Virus record (IMG/VR): IMGVR_UViG_2788499831_000001
Span: 1-64,000 of that record
Length of the DNA stretch: 64,000 nt
Source of the DNA: a virus
Taxonomy: Duplodnaviria > Caudoviricetes
Direction: 5' to 3' (one strand)
Every line of letters begins with the position of its first letter. Positions within the stretch are counted from its first letter, which is position 1. The position numbers and the translations under genes were made by a program. The notes below the pieces were generated by a model. That model did not search any database, was not told the origin of the DNA, and saw nothing but the letters and a program-made list of their open reading frames with translations. Below are positions 18,951 to 28,646 of the stretch, piece after piece.

Positions 18951-19424
18951 TCATTTATTAATCTGTCCTCCATTGCTCCAACCACATCCTGCACAATGTT
19001 TAACATTAGCTACTGCTCCACCATCAGCATATAATTCAGTAGCTTCTATCGGTTCATCACAGCAAGGACACGCTTCTATATCTATAGGTTTCACAGATAA
19101 TACTTTATCCATATTGAAATAACTCCTACCTGCTGCTAATAATCCATTACCTTCACTATTAAACAATCTAACTTCACCCGTCACTATGTCTGTACTACCA
19201 TCAACTAACGTTATCTTGTTTGCTTTGATATACTTAGATTCATTCTGTTCCAGTGGATTGTTACCATTATACTTTTGGTTCTTATACTTTGATATATGCC
19301 ACACATCTACAAAAGCACCGTTACATTTCGGACAAACGGTTACTTCTTGATATTCATCTTCTGGCGATTGATAGGTTTTAATTTGATAGTCACAAGCTAA
19401 ACAACATCTAAAAACATTACTCAA
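18951..19424 (-). CDS. Zn-ribbon-containing hypothetical protein
   Basis: Several CxxC pairs. Confidence 0.65.
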   Translation of the reverse strand: MSNVFRCCLACDYQIKTYQSPEDEYQEVTVCPKCNGAFVDVWHISKYKNQKYNGNNPLEQNESKYIKANKITLVDGSTDIVTGEVRLFNSEGNGLLAAGRSYFNMDKVLSVKPIDIEACPCCDEPIEATELYADGGAVANVKHCAGCGWSNGGQINK

Positions 19425-19437
19425 CTATCCTCACTCC

Positions 19438-19659
19438 TTACCATTCTCCTAATAACTCGCGTAACTTGGGATGTCTGTGCTCGTACCACTTATATTCCAT
19501 GTCATAATAAAGACGAATCATTTCAATTGTTTCAGTCTTTGTCATACCATGTACATACTTCATAACAAACTTAATTTCGTTATAAGCTTTATGAATATCG
19601 TTTATTCGTAAACTCTCACGCCAATTAACTAATGTATTGATTAAGTAGTGTCTAACCAT
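19438..19659 (-). CDS. hypothetical protein
   Basis: 73-aa ORF coupled to its neighbours. Confidence 0.6.
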   Translation of the reverse strand: MVRHYLINTLVNWRESLRINDIHKAYNEIKFVMKYVHGMTKTETIEMIRLYYDMEYKWYEHRHPKLRELLGEW

Positions 19660-19664
19660 TAAGC

Positions 19665-19967
19665 TTAATCCCTCCTAATCAAATCACCATTCTCATCAAA
19701 CATTACATCTTCTCTAATCAATACAGCTTTACCGAACGTCTTAGTGTTATGACAAGGTAAGCATAAGTATTGTAGGTTCTCATGATTCAATGTGATATCC
19801 GGATTGTCTATAGTCTCTGGTGTTATCTCTACAATATGGTCAACAATATATCCTGGTACTTCTTTGCAATGCTCACACATACCATCTAATGTTGTAGCGA
19901 TGTATGACTCTCTGCACTTCTCCCAAGCTGTTGACTTATAGAATCTCTTTGCGTATTCCTTAGCCAT
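19665..19967 (-). CDS. HNH endonuclease (terminase-associated)
   Basis: CEHC...VDH...NLQYLCLPCHN. Confidence 0.9.
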   Translation of the reverse strand: MAKEYAKRFYKSTAWEKCRESYIATTLDGMCEHCKEVPGYIVDHIVEITPETIDNPDITLNHENLQYLCLPCHNTKTFGKAVLIREDVMFDENGDLIRRD

Positions 19968-20172
19968 TCACCCACCTCACGATAATCTCTTCTGTAAATT
20001 TAGCAGCTCTTTAAGTTCTAATTATCCTTTGTTACATTCTCCGTACTATCACTATCAGCATATAAATCTTAAGCTTTCCCTTTAATTGGTTTTATTAATA
20101 TCGGTTCTCCATATGTTCCATCCTCATTACGTACAGCAAAATAGATATCTTTTACAACGTCTTTAGTTGGCA

Positions 20173-20454
20173 TCATTCATCCCCCTCCATTAATTCATAC
20201 TCTCTTACTCTTGTAAGTGCATACTCAAGTGTACCTAAGATATTATCTGCGCTATTGCTTTCGCTTACTTGTACACTTAAAATATCAACTTTCCTTTTTA
20301 AATCTTCCACAGTTGTAGATAATGATTTGACTATTTCCTTTAACTCTTGATTTTCTATAGCTAAATTAGTTAAATACTCGATTCTCTTTTTGAATTTAAC
20401 TTCTTCAAATATACGTTTTTCAAAATCCTTCATCTCAACCTCCTTACAAAACAA
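20173..20454 (-). CDS. hypothetical coiled-coil protein
   Basis: Heptad pattern; start probably the second ATG. Confidence 0.6.
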   Translation of the reverse strand: MFCKEVEMKDFEKRIFEEVKFKKRIEYLTNLAIENQELKEIVKSLSTTVEDLKRKVDILSVQVSESNSADNILGTLEYALTRVREYELMEGDE

Positions 20455-20469
20455 AAAAGGCAGACACCT

Positions 20470-20721
20470 TTATTTAGCGTCAACCTTCTCTTCTTTTTTA
20501 TCCTTATTAAAGATCTTCATTACCTTAAATGTTAGTAACACTGGCCAGAACGGACAAACAATCGCAACAAATAATAACGTCGATAAGAACTGAATAAGAA
20601 TCTTGGCTCTTTCTTCTTCCGTTTGAGCATCACTTTCTTTAACTACCTTACGTAATGGCCCATATGCTGCAGTTGATACAAATATCATACCGACTGCTAT
20701 ATATAATAAGAAATAAAGCAT
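20470..20721 (-). CDS. small membrane protein
   Basis: Two hydrophobic segments, RBS aaggagtg. Confidence 0.65.
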   Translation of the reverse strand: MLYFLLYIAVGMIFVSTAAYGPLRKVVKESDAQTEEERAKILIQFLSTLLFVAIVCPFWPVLLTFKVMKIFNKDKKEEKVDAK

Positions 20722-20763
20722 TTCATCACTCCTTTTATTTAAAATAAAAAAGCAGCTTATTAG

Positions 20764-21012
20764 CTACTGCAATTGTTCTACTATCTCATTAAATAACAGT
20801 TGTCCTTTTTCCGGATATCTTTCTAATCCACCATCAGCAAAGTATTCACCCTCATTACTGATCATTTCAATTAGCACTTCACCCTTCTCCCAAACTTGCA
20901 ATGATAATGTTGTACTTGATTCAAATTGTTTTAATGCTTCATTTCTGTCTACAGTCGCCACCGTAATATCTAAATCACCATGGTCCCACATCGAAATGGT
21001 ATAGATCAGCAC
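20764..21012 (-). CDS. hypothetical protein
   Basis: GTG start after gaggtg. Confidence 0.65.
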   Translation of the reverse strand: MLIYTISMWDHGDLDITVATVDRNEALKQFESSTTLSLQVWEKGEVLIEMISNEGEYFADGGLERYPEKGQLLFNEIVEQLQ

Positions 21013-21300
21013 GAAATCACCTCAAATGAATTTTACGTTCAATTTATATAATGCACTATAAATAGACATCGATTTAATAATAAATTAGTAAAAATGTATG
21101 CATAGGTAAATAGAGAAGAATATAGACTTCTTATAGAATGACATATACATATATCTACTTGTAATCAATACAACTAAAACATAATTATAGTTATATACAA
21201 CTACAATTCGTTAACTATCTTTATTTTCATCCGCGTGTGGAGAACTCCCTTTTGATTTGTATATACCTGCGTAAGGCAAAAAAACAAAAGGAGAAAAATT

Positions 21301-21399
21301 ATGAAAATAGAAATTCAATTCAAACTAAAAATCAATATCAACCACCGTACGTTAGTAGAATTATTTTTACTAATCGTACAAGCTTACCTGGGGCTATAG
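21301..21399 (+). CDS. 32-aa peptide MKIEIQFKLKININHRTLVELFLLIVQAYLGL (not in ORF track)
   Basis: Strong aaggag RBS, upstream anti-SD sequence, terminator over the stop. Confidence 0.5.
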   Translation: MKIEIQFKLKININHRTLVELFLLIVQAYLGL

Positions 21400-21401
21400 T
21401 C

Positions 21402-21509
21402 TCAGGTGTTTTTTTCTTTCGTTGTGTTCGTTTGTTTTGTAACATATCGATAATACATGCGAAGGATGATTATCCATATTAGAATTCCGAAGAAGTCTGT
21501 CCAATCCAC
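21402..21509 (-). CDS. 35-aa membrane peptide MDWTDFFGILIWIIILRMYYRYVTKQTNTTKEKNT (not in ORF track)
   Basis: GTG after ggtgagga; TM segment with polar/basic tail. Confidence 0.5.
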   Translation of the reverse strand: MDWTDFFGILIWIIILRMYYRYVTKQTNTTKEKNT

Positions 21510-21754
21510 TTCCTCACCCCTAACAAGTAGTCCTAGCTCTAATAAGCATCGGCTTACGATTCATTACTTGTGATTTAACTATTGCTATCTCTTCAAAACA
21601 TAAATTACATAGTAGCTCTACGTATATCACTATCCCCATATGAGCCACCCTGTTCCTAAACCGATTAAAAAAGGAACGCACGACTTCTTCAATACATACC
21701 ACTTATATTCCCAAAAGAACTCTAGTACATCTTTAAAAGTAGTTGGGCCCCACA

Positions 21755-22006
21755 TCATTCTTCATCCCATGTATCTACTCGACCTCGTTCATAAGACCAA
21801 ATCCCATTCTCTTGTAGAGAAATAAGTGTTATTTCAACAGGAACATATTTAACTGACAGTTCTTCATCAATAACTTTTTGCGCTAATTCTTCAGTTGGAA
21901 GAAAACACGTTTCTTTTAAAGATTGCGTCTCCTCTTGCGTTGATAAATCATAAAATGAATCTTCTTCAAATTGATAAGCTATAGCGTAAAACTTCATTCT
22001 TCTCAC
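21755..22006 (-). CDS. hypothetical protein
   Basis: 83-aa ORF. Confidence 0.65.
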   Translation of the reverse strand: MRRMKFYAIAYQFEEDSFYDLSTQEETQSLKETCFLPTEELAQKVIDEELSVKYVPVEITLISLQENGIWSYERGRVDTWDEE

Positions 22007-22104
22007 CCCTTCTCCCTAAATGCAACACGTTTGCGCTTATCTTTCCTTAACAACAAACAAGACGCCCCCAGATCACGGCAGCGCCTACGATAATTGCTAT
22101 TGGT

Positions 22105-22308
22105 TTAATCATTATCATCAGCAATTAAATGTTCAATCCCTTTTGCTGCTTCATCATCGACATACATAGGTATCCTTTTTAAAATTTCTAGTATATCTTG
22201 AACAGATTGAATCTTATTCGGGTCAATTTTACGACGTGTTATCGGTTTTAACTTAATTGTGTTATTTGGCGTAGTTCTCCACATCGACTCATCCATCCTC
22301 CTAACCAA
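22105..22308 (-). CDS. hypothetical protein
   Basis: RBS aggagg; true start likely MDES. Confidence 0.6.
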   Translation of the reverse strand: MVRRMDESMWRTTPNNTIKLKPITRRKIDPNKIQSVQDILEILKRIPMYVDDEAAKGIEHLIADDND

Positions 22309-22899
22309 ATGTCCATTTTGTTCAATAAAAAAAAGAACACTATAAAGTGCCCTAAGCTTCTGAGTATTAAATATACGACAATGCCCTGCCCGTTCTAATG
22401 GCGCAACATAAAAGAGCTTTATAGCGGAATATATATAGCTCTCGGAAAAGGAATAAGTTGGTTGGCATTGACTCGATATTGTATGTTTGGGAATTCCTTA
22501 TGTGCAATAAAAAAAGAGCCCTATAAGGTGCTCGTCCAATACGATTATAAAGAATGAATACGTCGTGTTCAGTTATTAGTATATGCTTGTCTCATTCAAA
22601 GTTTTACTGGTTTAATGTGTAATTTCTATATAACAAAGAAAAAAGCACCCGTTATGGATGCTATAACTCACTTTTTAAGTATGGAATACTTATGATTTTA
22701 TTTTTATCCATTGGAATAGTTACAGCCCTCAATTCCTTGACTGCTTCCTTTTCATCCAATGTACTATTCTTTAATTGTTTTTCTAACAATTCATTATTCG
22801 CAATCACTGTAATAGTTAATTTACTATTATTCATGTCCTCATCCTTTCTTCAAAAAAAAGAAACCGCTACAATTATGTAACGGCTTTTTTACGGCTTAT

Positions 22900-23710
22900 A
22901 AAAATATTAAAAGGGATGGAAGAAATTCACGTTCGTACATAAGGGGATATGTTTATGTGAATTCAAGGCTGAGTACTCTCAACCTTCTCCAAGCCACCGC
23001 ATCATGTAATGTTTTAGCTCTCATTAGCTACGCGCTTTACGTTCGGTGACTGGGAGAAGACTAAGAATCTTCTCGTTTTAAGTCCGTGGACTCGAGAGCT
23101 ATGGTGTAACTCTCTTATAAAGGTTTTTTAATTTTTATCAAGACGTATGTGTTTCTTCCAACGCCTTGTTTGAACCAATATACAGGGAGGACAGTAGACT
23201 GTCTATATTGGCTCAAACAAAGAGCGGAAGCTCTCTGCTCAACGAAAAATGTGAGTAATTCGTTAAAAGTGTAATTTATATCGTCCAAACTGGTGAAGAG
23301 AAGCCTATTTTAATATTTGTTTTCTTTCCATAAACGTGATGTTCATTTACTCATAAACAACCACCCCATTCCATTTCCAAAAACAAACAACAGAGAGTAA
23401 TAGACTTATATTCACTATCAACCCAGAGGACGCATTCTGGGCTGAGTGGTAAATATAATAGAAACAGCATGACGAATGCGAGTTATCTCACACCCGCCAC
23501 ACTGGAATATGTCTTAATTAGTTTTAAAGCTTTTAGCAATCCTTTTTCTTCTTTAAAGGGAATCTTCTCACCCTTAACCACGGATTTTTACCGCCGATAC
23601 CCTGCACCTATACATTTTGTTGCAGTAACGTTTTGTTAATGGGGTTATTCCGTAACGGATTGTGATTACCGAATAAGTACGCTATCCCCTAGTTATGCTG
23701 TTTTCAAAGA
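22900..23710 (-). ncRNA. hairpin-rich non-coding region (candidate long structured RNA or late leader)
   Basis: No ORF >=60 aa; about a dozen inverted repeats; strand inferred from the upstream arpU-like gene. Confidence 0.5.
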
Positions 23711-23719
23711 GCAATTAAC

Positions 23720-23785
23720 TGTAGGTATAGCGTACCGTTTATTCAATTGTTAAAAGGTGCTGAAAAAGGTGCCCAAAAGTGACAT
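23720..23785 (-). promoter_or_regulatory. probable ArpU-activated late promoter with three direct repeats
   Basis: aaaaggtgc at 23752 and 23764, aaaagtgac at 23775 (+ strand), directly after the arpU-like stop. Confidence 0.5.
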
Positions 23786-23794
23786 TTTTTATCT

Positions 23795-24175
23795 TTATGA
23801 AATCATCCCGAGCGCTTTTGCAACGCTTAGTACAGCTGATTTTCTTTTTCTATAGAATGTCCGTTTATGTAGCCCGAGCACTGTATAAATGTAATCATCA
23901 TTTAGCAGCTTTATATTCATATACTTCATTTCAAGTATTGATTTCTGATCTTCGTCTAAAGCTTCTTCTAAAGTCCGTTTAATTTGAATGTAGCGTAGAT
24001 AATCCTGATTCTCTTCTTCTTTATTTGCTCTTAACTCTGGGAATAACAACTCCACTCCAAATGCTGTACGTTCTTGTCTGTTTTGGTATTTCACTTTAAG
24101 CACACGGTAGTCTTGCAGTGCTTCAATTACATATGGTCTAATCGCTTTTTCATCAATTAATTGTTTTTGTCCCAA
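23795..24175 (-). CDS. ArpU/RinA-family late transcriptional activator
   Basis: Ends with LHKRTFYRKRKSAVLSVA HTH; last gene of the early operon. Confidence 0.85.
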   Translation of the reverse strand: MGQKQLIDEKAIRPYVIEALQDYRVLKVKYQNRQERTAFGVELLFPELRANKEEENQDYLRYIQIKRTLEEALDEDQKSILEMKYMNIKLLNDDYIYTVLGLHKRTFYRKRKSAVLSVAKALGMIS

Positions 24176-24313
24176 ACTAGAATCCCCCTGTTTCGAATTT
24201 TGGTTTTTACATTCACATCAGGTACGTGAAATTTTACTATCTCTTTGTTGAATAAGGGAACGATGACTACAATACAGCCCCCACCACACTGTTAGTCATG
24301 GTTCCGCTATCCA

Positions 24314-24520
24314 TTAAGCTGTCTTTTGTCCAACTGTTATTCCACTACTAAACCGCCACCCATCATTTAAATGGTCCATTAACTCCTGATACGTAAATAC
24401 ATCGAATACCGTAACGCACTGATTATCTCCAAACCCTGGCTCTTTTCGAAACAACATATATTCTCTTGTACCTTCGTATCTTTTTATGACACTCACTCCT
24501 TTATGATCTTGTCCATTCAC
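24314..24520 (-). CDS. hypothetical protein
   Basis: ORF coupled to DUF1064 gene; start uncertain. Confidence 0.55.
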   Translation of the reverse strand: MNGQDHKGVSVIKRYEGTREYMLFRKEPGFGDNQCVTVFDVFTYQELMDHLNDGWRFSSGITVGQKTA

Positions 24521-24923
24521 CTAACTTCTTGTCCCATATCACAACGATTAACTCCTGTTTGTTTAAGTACTCCCATAGTTTCTTACGTAACGGGAATCCC
24601 TCGTTTATTGCTTTCTTATGCCCTTTTACATCAACCACCTCTACACGCCCATCTGAGTACGTTACTTTAAAGTCTGGCGTAAACTTCATAGATGTCTTTT
24701 TCGACTTACCTGACTTCGTTATGCTGCTCTTAATCTCAAAAGATGGTACTAAGGTATAGGATGGATGGCACTCAATATGAGAAACATCCTCCCGTCCCTG
24801 TAAGTACTTGTAATAGTTCATTTCTGACTGTGAATCAAAGTTTATTCCGTCATAAGTCACTTTCTTCTGTTTAATCCGTGGTGCATTCTTTTTCTTAGCT
24901 GTTGTCTTTCTTTTTCTAATCAA
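24501..24923 (-). CDS. DUF1064-family putative endonuclease
   Basis: DGINFDSQSE, FTPDF and VVDVKG (PD-(D/E)xK-like). Confidence 0.8.
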   Translation of the reverse strand: MIRKRKTTAKKKNAPRIKQKKVTYDGINFDSQSEMNYYKYLQGREDVSHIECHPSYTLVPSFEIKSSITKSGKSKKTSMKFTPDFKVTYSDGRVEVVDVKGHKKAINEGFPLRKKLWEYLNKQELIVVIWDKKLGEWTRS

Positions 24924-24939
24924 TTATTAACCTCACCTT

Positions 24940-25113
24940 CTATTCCATTTGCTCTTTACACTCTTCAAGAAAATCAATAACTTCCTGAACGTGCTCCCTT
25001 GTTGTCATACTCTCCATTACATATCCTTCATCGTTATAAACATTAACCTTATTTCCTGCAAATTCCATTCCACACATTCCGTCTGCGCCTAATAGCTTTA
25101 CGTTACCTTCCAT
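24940..25113 (-). CDS. 57-aa hypothetical protein MEGNVKLLGADGMCG... (not in ORF track)
   Basis: RBS gcgaggt, open frame, fills an intergenic gap. Confidence 0.6.
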   Translation of the reverse strand: MEGNVKLLGADGMCGMEFAGNKVNVYNDEGYVMESMTTREHVQEVIDFLEECKEQME

Positions 25114-25130
25114 TCTTTTAACCTCGCTTT

Positions 25131-25463
25131 CTATTCTTCGTTTTTTACATAAAACAATTTCATGTAGAAAAATGCCATTGCAAAAGTAACCAATTCTGCA
25201 CCAACTTTATAATATTCAGCATGCATCATATAAATCGCAGCTGCTAACGCTGCAAATACAGGGCCTACTGTGAAAACCATTACTGCCAACCTATTTGTGC
25301 ATCCATTACGAAGTACAATTGTTATTCCTACTACAATTAGTAGATTTCCTATATTTCCTATGATTCTAGGCGTGTTCAAGTCATAAATACTTATTCCTAA
25401 TGATGTTATTGCGCTTGCCCACATTATTGCTAAAATTGTATTCACTAACTTAGGTGAAAACAT
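25131..25463 (-). CDS. membrane protein (about 4 TM)
   Basis: Highly hydrophobic 110 aa. Confidence 0.7.
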   Translation of the reverse strand: MFSPKLVNTILAIMWASAITSLGISIYDLNTPRIIGNIGNLLIVVGITIVLRNGCTNRLAVMVFTVGPVFAALAAAIYMMHAEYYKVGAELVTFAMAFFYMKLFYVKNEE

Positions 25464-25491
25464 ATTTCCACTTCACTTTCTATTAAAAGGA

Positions 25492-25842
25492 TTATTTTGT
25501 TATGTTTTTACCTTCATGAATATTACCGATTATTTTAAAATTACGACTCAAGCTTTGATACCACTCTGAACCATCTTCATTTGTTGTCAACGCAATAAAT
25601 TGACATCTCTTTTCATCCCAAACAATTTTATGTTCATCACCAAAAGGATTCTTAACGATGTCCCCTTCGTAAATTTCACTTCCATGAAAATCCTTTAATC
25701 CTGTGTATTGCTGTGGATTTAGACATGTATACCAACTATCATCTTCACTATTTAATATCCACCAATTATCGCCATCTTTTGATACACATTCGCTATAAAT
25801 CCAACTTGATCCATCCCAAGCACGGAATTTAATTTTTCTCAT
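25492..25842 (-). CDS. YopX-family protein
   Basis: IKFRAW, QYTGLKD, EIYEGDIV and IGNIHE motifs. Confidence 0.9.
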   Translation of the reverse strand: MRKIKFRAWDGSSWIYSECVSKDGDNWWILNSEDDSWYTCLNPQQYTGLKDFHGSEIYEGDIVKNPFGDEHKIVWDEKRCQFIALTTNEDGSEWYQSLSRNFKIIGNIHEGKNITK

Positions 25843-25916
25843 TTCCCTCTACCTCCCCTGAATAAAACTCAATATTCCGTCAATACTGTAGACAACCCAT
25901 TTCTTAACCTGAGCAG

Positions 25917-26315
25917 TTAGCTTTTGCTAGCTGCTCTTTTGTTTTCTGGATCTTCGAATTTCGCTTTTAATCGTTCGTAATCTCGTCTTTCTTGCTCTTC
26001 TTTTCTTTTTTTATATTCTTCTTGTTGTTTCTGTTGTTGTAAGAGCCTTTGATTCTCATACTCTTGAATCTCTTCATGAGATATTATTCCTTTTTCATGC
26101 AATGTTTTTCTTAACCAATTATGATTTAACACATATGCTCTTGCGTTGCCTTTGCCGTATACACTGATTTCACTGCTGCCATCATCTTGGAATTGCTCAA
26201 CTACTAAGATTCCCTTATCTTTTGTAACGATTGTAATAGCTTTAGCAAATTGAGCCATGTGTGTAAAAGCTATTTCTTTCCCGTTTAAATCCTCTTCTTT
26301 TGAAATAAAGTACAT
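25917..26315 (-). CDS. hypothetical protein
   Basis: 132 aa, coiled-coil C-terminus. Confidence 0.7.
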   Translation of the reverse strand: MYFISKEEDLNGKEIAFTHMAQFAKAITIVTKDKGILVVEQFQDDGSSEISVYGKGNARAYVLNHNWLRKTLHEKGIISHEEIQEYENQRLLQQQKQQEEYKKRKEEQERRDYERLKAKFEDPENKRAASKS

Positions 26316-26352
26316 TTAGCATCTTCCTTTTCTACAAAATGAAATTTTTATA

Positions 26353-26547
26353 CTAATCTTCCTCAAGAACCGTAACAGTTAAGTAATTCCTAGCTCTCTT
26401 TCGCTTTGCTAACTTCCTCTGATAAGCTGGCGTTGTGTAATAACGAACTGTTGCAGGAAGTACGCCCATATGTTGAGCGCATTCCTTTGCAGTTCCAATA
26501 CATACGAATGATTCACCTTTATAAACGACGTACTCCTTTAAGTTCAT
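26353..26547 (-). CDS. small HTH-like hypothetical protein
   Basis: GTAKECAQHMGVLPATVRYY. Confidence 0.7.
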   Translation of the reverse strand: MNLKEYVVYKGESFVCIGTAKECAQHMGVLPATVRYYTTPAYQRKLAKRKRARNYLTVTVLEED

Positions 26548-26588
26548 TTCTCATTCCCCTTGTCTACAAAATGAAGTTTTTGTTTGAA

Positions 26589-27305
26589 TTACCCTTGATA
26601 CTTTTTAAATAACTCGGCCATTGACATATTGTTGTATTTCGCCAAGTCCTTCGTTACGGCACATACATTACGGAAAGCTGTACAACCCACTCCAACATCA
26701 AGGTATTCTAGTAGATCCACATACCAATCATTTCGATATGTTTCTTCATCATCGTTTACTGTTTCTACCCAGCATACTAATTCTTGGTGGTTGACTTCAG
26801 CTTTGTCGGTAGGGATCGGTTGATTACTTCCTGTATCCCAGCGCCATCCACCATTTTTCCAATGACCATCATCTAAATCTCTGTTATCCGCATCATCACT
26901 TAGTTTTTTGAAATCATCATCTGAAACTTCATATACCTGGTACGATGTAGTTTCATCACCATATGTTCTCGTTGCATAAACCCCTAATCTTTTTAAATCT
27001 TCAGTTATGTTCCCCTGCACTAAGATTTCTTCTACCTTAATAATTTCATAAGCTTTGCAAATCCAAGGATCTTCATCATCTTCCACATCATTTGCTAAGA
27101 ATATTTCCACCTTTACTTCTAGACCGTTCTCCATAATTGCAATGCACTCATAATAATCATCTAAAAACTGTTCCTTCTCATCCCTTGTATCTACTAAAGA
27201 CCCCCACTCATCCGGGAAACTATCAAAGAAATGTTCTATAGCCCCTCCTAACTGTAAGTAATCACCATACGTATTTTCATAAACTAATTTTTCTTCCATT
27301 TTCAT
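26589..27305 (-). CDS. hypothetical two-domain protein
   Basis: 238 aa; N-terminal domain paralogous to the C-terminal part of 27685..28110. Confidence 0.7.
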   Translation of the reverse strand: MKMEEKLVYENTYGDYLQLGGAIEHFFDSFPDEWGSLVDTRDEKEQFLDDYYECIAIMENGLEVKVEIFLANDVEDDEDPWICKAYEIIKVEEILVQGNITEDLKRLGVYATRTYGDETTSYQVYEVSDDDFKKLSDDADNRDLDDGHWKNGGWRWDTGSNQPIPTDKAEVNHQELVCWVETVNDDEETYRNDWYVDLLEYLDVGVGCTAFRNVCAVTKDLAKYNNMSMAELFKKYQG

Positions 27306-27341
27306 TCTCCTTTTCTAATAAAATAGCGTTTTTATAACAAA

Positions 27342-27749
27342 TTACTTGTCTTTGTATTCCATCTCCACAAAATCAGCTAATTCAATTTTTTTCTGTACTT
27401 CTTCTTCCAAATAGTGAAATACCGCTTCTTCTCCACCTTGTTCTCTAACATAGGAAATCCATTGTTTCTGTGAATCATCTAATTCGAGTTTTATTGTTGC
27501 TTTAACAATCATTGTGTTTTCACTCCGATCCATAGATTTTGTTTGTTTTTTCGAATCACCTGTACCGTTGCAAAATAGACAAGGTAATTCGTTACCTTTG
27601 AAATCAATTGCATATCCTTCTCCGTTGCATAATGAACATGCATCCATAAAATTCACCTCACTTCCATACAAGATAACGATTTTGTTAAGAAATTTTATAC
27701 GCCTTGCAAACCCATGATTCATCTTCTTTATCCTCTGCATCATCATCAA
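27342..27749 (-). CDS. hypothetical protein with CxxCxGxG Zn-finger
   Basis: CSLCNGEG and CLFCNGTG; start uncertain. Confidence 0.55.
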   Translation of the reverse strand: MMMMQRIKKMNHGFARRIKFLNKIVILYGSEVNFMDACSLCNGEGYAIDFKGNELPCLFCNGTGDSKKQTKSMDRSENTMIVKATIKLELDDSQKQWISYVREQGGEEAVFHYLEEEVQKKIELADFVEMEYKDK

Positions 27750-28110
27750 AACTGATTTCTATTTTTAATTTCAGTCCATTTTCCATAACAATGATACTTT
27801 CATGCGACTTATCAAGATAACTAGTTTCTCCATCATAATCATCTATCATCTGTCCCCACTCCTCAGGGAAACTATCATAAAAATGTTCTACTGCACCTTC
27901 TATATTCAGATAATTACCAAAAGAATTTTCATAAATCAAATTTTCTTCCTTTTTACGATTCTTATTCCCCGATAAAGCAAACGCATAACGTTCTATTGAT
28001 AGAGTGCGAACAGCTCCTTCCTCCGTTAAAGAAATCTCAATTCTCTTTATACCTTCTTCCTTTTGTTTTTCCTTATTAACCTGTACATCTTGACCATTAA
28101 ACTTAATCAT
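27685..28110 (-). CDS. hypothetical protein
   Basis: 141 aa, RBS agggag. Confidence 0.6.
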   Translation of the reverse strand: MIKFNGQDVQVNKEKQKEEGIKRIEISLTEEGAVRTLSIERYAFALSGNKNRKKEENLIYENSFGNYLNIEGAVEHFYDSFPEEWGQMIDDYDGETSYLDKSHESIIVMENGLKLKIEISFDDDAEDKEDESWVCKAYKIS

Positions 28111-28146
28111 TCTTCATTCTCCCTTTCTCCAAATAAAGATTTTGTT

Positions 28147-28332
28147 CTATTTCACTTCATGGATAATAACTAGTACTCTACCTTCCATGTTTTCGCTCCA
28201 AGAGTACACGCAACCCGTTTCCTCTAATACCGCTTCTAAACGTGGCAATACTTCTTGTACATCCTCTTTCTCAATAATCGCTTTTCCTTTACCCTCTAGT
28301 AACTCATCTAAATATTTCTTTAATTTATTCAT
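28147..28332 (-). CDS. hypothetical protein
   Basis: 61 aa, RBS ggagg. Confidence 0.7.
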   Translation of the reverse strand: MNKLKKYLDELLEGKGKAIIEKEDVQEVLPRLEAVLEETGCVYSWSENMEGRVLVIIHEVK

Positions 28333-28377
28333 GTTTACTTACCTCCATTTTTTAAAATAAGGATTTTTTTAAATTTA

Positions 28378-28472
28378 TTCACACATAAGTATTAAACTGT
28401 TATACTTAACAAACCTGATTAGAAATGATACATTCTATGGAAAGCCCTAGTCCTCTAGGGCTCTTTTTTTAT
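28378..28472 (+). ncRNA. candidate ~60-nt antisense sRNA unit
   Basis: TTCACA-N17-TATACT promoter followed by gccctag/ctagggc terminator with T-run. Confidence 0.45.
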
Positions 28473-28646
28473 TCAAATAAGAATTTTGTTTAAAAATTCA
28501 TTAACCTTATTGATTTCTTTGCATACATTACAATCACAAGGAATTCTACAGGTTTCCCTAGTCCAGTTACCTTGTATTCCTTGCACACCTTAAGGGAAGA
28601 ATCAGTTTATAACAAACGGGTTCTATTATTTTGGGTTATAAAATAA

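Noticed and set aside
21237-21482. 81-aa + strand ORF
   Set aside because: It runs through a terminator; the strong RBS instead serves the 32-aa ORF at 21301.
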